The translations under genes were made by a program, and so were the position numbers. Below the pieces are notes generated by a model that worked only from the letters and a program-made list of their open reading frames with translations, did no database searches and was not told where the DNA came from. This document shows positions 60,092 to 64,000 of a DNA stretch of 64,000 nucleotides, one piece after another; positions within the stretch are counted from its first letter, which is position 1, and each line of letters begins with the position of its first letter. Source of the DNA: Bdellovibrionales bacterium (GTDB lineage: Bacteria > Bdellovibrionota > Bdellovibrionia > Bdellovibrionales > UBA1609); contig CBDBIB010000003.1 of the NCBI GenBank assembly GCA_965205945.1, positions 96,001-160,000 of the forward strand. The letters run 5' to 3'.

Positions 60092-61477
60092 TCATTTTTG
60101 GTTCTTATTTAAATCATGGTCTAATAATCTAAGTTTTTTATAGTTTAAAACCCAATTTTGAGAAAAAGAAATGTGTTCTTTTTTAGTTAGAGAATAGTAT
60201 CTATTATATAAAAAGCAAATAAATTTAAAGGAGTAAGATGAGGCCCACTCTTCTTTACTTTCTATTTTCTTTTTTAAATCTAAAGCATTTAAAAATTGAG
60301 CATTACAACCTTTAATAGAATAAAAAACTTTTCCATAAAAAAGAACTCTCTTCTTAAAAATTAAGGCTAAAACACCAACACCAGAATTAATTAATGCCAC
60401 TACATGGGATATGTTTAAAATTTGATTTATATGAGCATTATTATTTATTAAATAAATATTATTCATATTAATATTTTTACCTTTAAAAGGCCATTTTTTT
60501 TCTAAAGGGTGTTTTTTTATAACTACAAAATAATCTGTATTAAATTTATTTGAAAAATCAAGAATCTCTTTAATAAAAGATTTATACCCCATGGGATTAA
60601 AGTATAAAATAACAGAATCCCATGGCCTTTGAAGGGGGACAAAGACAATTTTTCTCCCGTTGGCTTTCTTAATTATTTCTTTAATAATTTTGTTTGTTTT
60701 TTTTTCTCCGGCTTGTTTTTCTAAAGAAAGTCCTTGTTTTATTTGCTCCATTTTTTCCAAAGCTAAGGATTTTTCTTTATTAGAATACTCTAAGTCCCAG
60801 TACTCTTTGTTATAGTAAGGACTATCAAAATTAAAGCCCTTGTTATCAAGAATAAAGCTGCTAGGTAAAGCCCCTCGCTCAAAGATATAAAAATTCATGC
60901 CAATACTTTGAATTTTATTAAGTAAAACTTTTTTAAAAAAATTTTTATATGGAAGTATAAAAAAAACTCTATGAAGTTTGTTCTTAGATAATTTTTTTTT
61001 TAAGGATGTTTGGGGTAAGAAAAAGAGTTTAGTATATTTTTTAAATAAAATACTATTGTATCTTGCAAAGAGTGCTGAATTATTTATAACAAAGTTTTTA
61101 TCTTCACGATCTAGTATAAGTAGATTCTCTTTAATTCTTAGAAAAGGTGTGTCTTTGTTAAAGTAGGTTTGTTCTTTTATATTATTCATGGAAAGTATTT
61201 GAGGGTAGATACAACCTTTAATCTTTTTTTCCTCAGACAGGATATAATTAAATCTATTAAGGTAATATAATTTCCAAAATACTGATAATTTTTTAAATTC
61301 TTTAGTTTCTAAAATATAGCTATCTAATATAATGTTTTTGAATTTGATCTTGTTAGATAGTTGAATCATATCTTTAAAGCAAGTTACTAGAAATATTTCG
61401 TCGTTTTTTGGAATTAAGATATCTTTAATATTTTTATTTTTAAATGAGTGTTTTTTTTCAAAGATGAATAATTTCAA
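60092..61477 (-). CDS. Capsular polysaccharide synthesis protein (KpsC/KpsS-like domain)
   Basis: ERGALP, FVPLQ..WDS, KKHP, INSGVG..AL..K.V..G..FY; very AT-rich. Confidence 0.75.
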   Translation of the reverse strand: MKLFIFEKKHSFKNKNIKDILIPKNDEIFLVTCFKDMIQLSNKIKFKNIILDSYILETKEFKKLSVFWKLYYLNRFNYILSEEKKIKGCIYPQILSMNNIKEQTYFNKDTPFLRIKENLLILDREDKNFVINNSALFARYNSILFKKYTKLFFLPQTSLKKKLSKNKLHRVFFILPYKNFFKKVLLNKIQSIGMNFYIFERGALPSSFILDNKGFNFDSPYYNKEYWDLEYSNKEKSLALEKMEQIKQGLSLEKQAGEKKTNKIIKEIIKKANGRKIVFVPLQRPWDSVILYFNPMGYKSFIKEILDFSNKFNTDYFVVIKKHPLEKKWPFKGKNINMNNIYLINNNAHINQILNISHVVALINSGVGVLALIFKKRVLFYGKVFYSIKGCNAQFLNALDLKKKIESKEEWASSYSFKFICFLYNRYYSLTKKEHISFSQNWVLNYKKLRLLDHDLNKNQK

Positions 61478-61707
61478 AAATACTCCCTACTTAAAATAAT
61501 ATAATTAAAATAAAAGTTTACATCAACTATAGGTGGTTTAAACCATATGCGCTTGTCCTGTTATAAAGAGGTATTTTTTTGCTAGAACAAAGGAAAGTGG
61601 CCAGCTTGTGGTGACTTGTTTTTTTGTGTGAATTAAACAGGCAGTTGGCGGCTAAGTATAGTGTATAAAGTTTATTTCTAGTAATTATAATACCTTAACC
61701 ACAAAAA

Positions 61708-61794
61708 TGGTGCCTCGGGCCGGACTTGAACCGGCATGGTATTGCTACCGCAGGATTTTAAGTCCTGTGCGTCTACCTATTTCGCCACCAAGGC
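61708..61794 (-). tRNA. tRNA-Leu (TAA)
   Basis: GCCTTGGTGGCGAAATAGGTAGACGC-ACAGGACTTAAAATCCTG..GGTTCAAGTCC..GAGGCACCA; long variable arm; CCA encoded. Confidence 0.97.
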
Positions 61795-61898
61795 ACATAA
61801 ACTTTAGCTATTTTCTCATTAAATAGTGGATATGAAACTATAAAACGTATATAACGCATTATTCTAAAAAAAAGAAAAATCAAAGGAAAATCTAATAA

Positions 61899-62888
61899 AT
61901 GAATAAATCTAAGCTTATTGCCGCAACAATTACCATACTAATTTTGTTTGCTGTTCTTAGAGTTTTTAATTCTGGCTCCACTAAATCACCAACGCAAATA
62001 AAAAAAGAGGCTGGGGAAATTATGAGTGCTGCTTTAAAGGAAGACGGCCCTATGCTCTTAAAAAATTTAAAAACTACAAAAGTAAAATTGATTGATAAAG
62101 AAGATCTTAAGGGAAGTGCTATTTTAAAAAAAGTTAAAAAAAGTGCTAATATGAGTTTATTTTTTTCTAAAAAATCTGATTATGTATATTTTAAAGTTCA
62201 AGACGGTCTGGCTTTAGTTGGAGGGGATATAGTATTAGGGGAAATTAAAGAATGGCCTGAATTAAAAGGTAAGCTGAAAAACTCTTTGTTAAAAGATAAA
62301 CCTCTGGCATCTAAACTATGGAGGAGTTCAGAAATTCCTTTTGGATTTAATAGGGATTTTCCAGAAGATTTAAAGATTAAAGCTTTAGAGGCAATAAAAT
62401 ATTTTAACAAAGAGACAGTTATGGAGTTTGTTCCTATTAATATTGAATTTGATAAAGATGCTATTGTTTTTAAGTTTAGAGAAGGTGTTCCTTGTTCATC
62501 TTATTTAGGGCGAGTTGGTGGGTTTCAACCGATATACTTAAAGTCTTCATGTAGCACTCAGGATGTTATACATGAATTGATGCATGCCTTAGGCTTTGTT
62601 CATGAGCAACAACGAGAAGAGAGAAACCGTTATCTTAAGGTTTTGTGGGAGAATATCGATGAAAAATTTCAATATAATTTTGCAATTTTGCCAGATATAT
62701 TGGTTCATCAATATGAAGGTTTTGTTTTTAATATTAATTTTAACTCAGTTATGATGTATGATGATAAAGCTTTTGCAAAGCAGGGTTTAAAATCACTAGA
62801 ATCAATCATAAAAGATAAAATAGCCCCTATTAACAAGGGTTTATCAGATATTGATAAAGAAAGACTTAGGTTTCTTTATGGCATATAA
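61899..62888 (+). CDS. Astacin-family (M12A) zinc metalloprotease with an N-terminal anchor
   Basis: GDIVL, CSSYLGRVGG.Q, HELMHALGFVHEQQR, Met-turn SVMMY. Confidence 0.92.
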   Translation: MNKSKLIAATITILILFAVLRVFNSGSTKSPTQIKKEAGEIMSAALKEDGPMLLKNLKTTKVKLIDKEDLKGSAILKKVKKSANMSLFFSKKSDYVYFKVQDGLALVGGDIVLGEIKEWPELKGKLKNSLLKDKPLASKLWRSSEIPFGFNRDFPEDLKIKALEAIKYFNKETVMEFVPINIEFDKDAIVFKFREGVPCSSYLGRVGGFQPIYLKSSCSTQDVIHELMHALGFVHEQQREERNRYLKVLWENIDEKFQYNFAILPDILVHQYEGFVFNINFNSVMMYDDKAFAKQGLKSLESIIKDKIAPINKGLSDIDKERLRFLYGI

Positions 62889-62910
62889 GAAGATTTAAAA
62901 ATCTTTGAGT

Positions 62911-62938
62911 TAAAGGTCTTATTTAAGGGCTCCGATAA
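62911..62938 (+). promoter_or_regulatory. Possible sigma-28 (FliA) promoter
   Basis: TAAA-N16-TCCGATAA (consensus TAAA-N15-GCCGATAA). Confidence 0.3.
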
Positions 62939-62990
62939 AAGCTAGTAAGAGTAAATCTTTTAAAAAGCATCGATTCGGAGTAATTTTTAC

Positions 62991-64000
62991 ATGGTAAACT
63001 TGGTAAAACAAGCTGAGAATAAGAAAAATATAATATTGATTCCATCAATAATTATATCCTTACTTTTTGTTGCAGAAATATTCTTACTTTTTAAGAAAGT
63101 ACCAATTTTAAATATTTCTTTATTAATTGGGGTTTTAGGATTTTTAGGGGTTCTAACTCTTCATTGGTCATATCTTAAATCTTGTAGATACTTAATAAAA
63201 GCAGTAATTAAGAATTTGATTGAAAAAAAACCGCAAAATATTAATGGTTTGATTCTAAGGGACCTTTTAGTAAATAATTTTTCAGAATATTTAAGAAAGT
63301 CACATGTGTTTTTACCCAGAAGGTTTAAAAGTAAGAATGAGCTTTTAAGAATAGAAAAGCTTTCTAGCTGTATAAGTAAATATAAGGCTTATGCAGATTT
63401 AAACTTACTTGAAGAATTTTCAAAGGAAATTCTAATTAAAAACCAGGAATTTAGAGTTTTATTAAAGGAACTGTTCGTAGATATATCACTGTTTTTAATT
63501 CCAATGCTTGTGGTGCAGTTTTCAAGTTTTCAGAATACAGAAGTTTTAATACTAGTACTTTGTGTGATGAGGTTATTTACCTTTGGATTTTATTTTAAAC
63601 TTTTTAAGAAGAGTAGGAATGAAAAATCTAACTTTAAAAAAATTGAGCACTTTCTTTTTGGTAGTTTTGAAGATGAAAAAAGTACAGCTTCTAGGATTGA
63701 GTTGGATATTTTAAATATGGCAGATAGTAAAAGTGTATTTTTCTTGATTGATTCTTCTAGAAGAGGTGAGATTGAAGATTTAATAAGAGAACAAACATTA
63801 GGGAGTGGAAGCTTTAAAGAATGGTCAATTATTTCTGCAGAGAATTCTATTTATAAAAATAAAGTTAAATTAAGCAAAGCGTTTATTCTTTTTCCAAGTG
63901 AAATGTTGTTTCCTTTTGCAGAAATGCAGGAGTTTATTTCAGCTTTTAATAAGGTTATTGTTATAGATTCATCGCCTTCTTATGCTATTTCTCATAGTGA
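62991..64000 (+). CDS. Hypothetical multi-TM membrane protein, runs off the window end (not in the ORF track)
   Basis: GGAG RBS; MVNLVKQAENKKNIILIPSIII... stays open to the window end; about 4 hydrophobic segments. Confidence 0.75.
   Translation, partial: MVNLVKQAENKKNIILIPSIIISLLFVAEIFLLFKKVPILNISLLIGVLGFLGVLTLHWSYLKSCRYLIKAVIKNLIEKKPQNINGLILRDLLVNNFSEYLRKSHVFLPRRFKSKNELLRIEKLSSCISKYKAYADLNLLEEFSKEILIKNQEFRVLLKELFVDISLFLIPMLVVQFSSFQNTEVLILVLCVMRLFTFGFYFKLFKKSRNEKSNFKKIEHFLFGSFEDEKSTASRIELDILNMADSKSVFFLIDSSRRGEIEDLIREQTLGSGSFKEWSIISAENSIYKNKVKLSKAFILFPSEMLFPFAEMQEFISAFNKVIVIDSSPSYAISHS

Overview
AT-rich bacterial chromosome segment, most likely Bdellovibrionota (inferred from the Agl-Glt gliding operon, the spdEFG1-type fusA, an FHA-sigma54 activator and a fibre-type adhesin N-terminus). 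Most of the window is housekeeping: rpsD, rpsF, rplI, recQ, fusA, dcd, pyrE, polA, engB, kdsB-pyrG-kdsD-kdsC, putA, recO, gmhB, a xerC/D gene, murEF-mraY-murD, sua5 and tRNA-Leu. The accessory patch at 1.7-11.2 kb holds decayed IS66 and IS982 elements and a relic of a surface-repeat gene. It also holds a ~570-nt imperfect rod-like hairpin whose two ends are identical, inverted dif/Xer-like sites. Directly downstream lies a 2413-aa adhesin with 969-bp tandem modules and a 75-bp repeat array that varies at a few codons. An unannotated minus-strand relic at 43.77-44.1 kb looks like the variable region of a diversity-generating retroelement (DGR) target gene. No CRISPR-Cas, rRNA or reverse transcriptase was seen. 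All calls were made by eye, without database searches.
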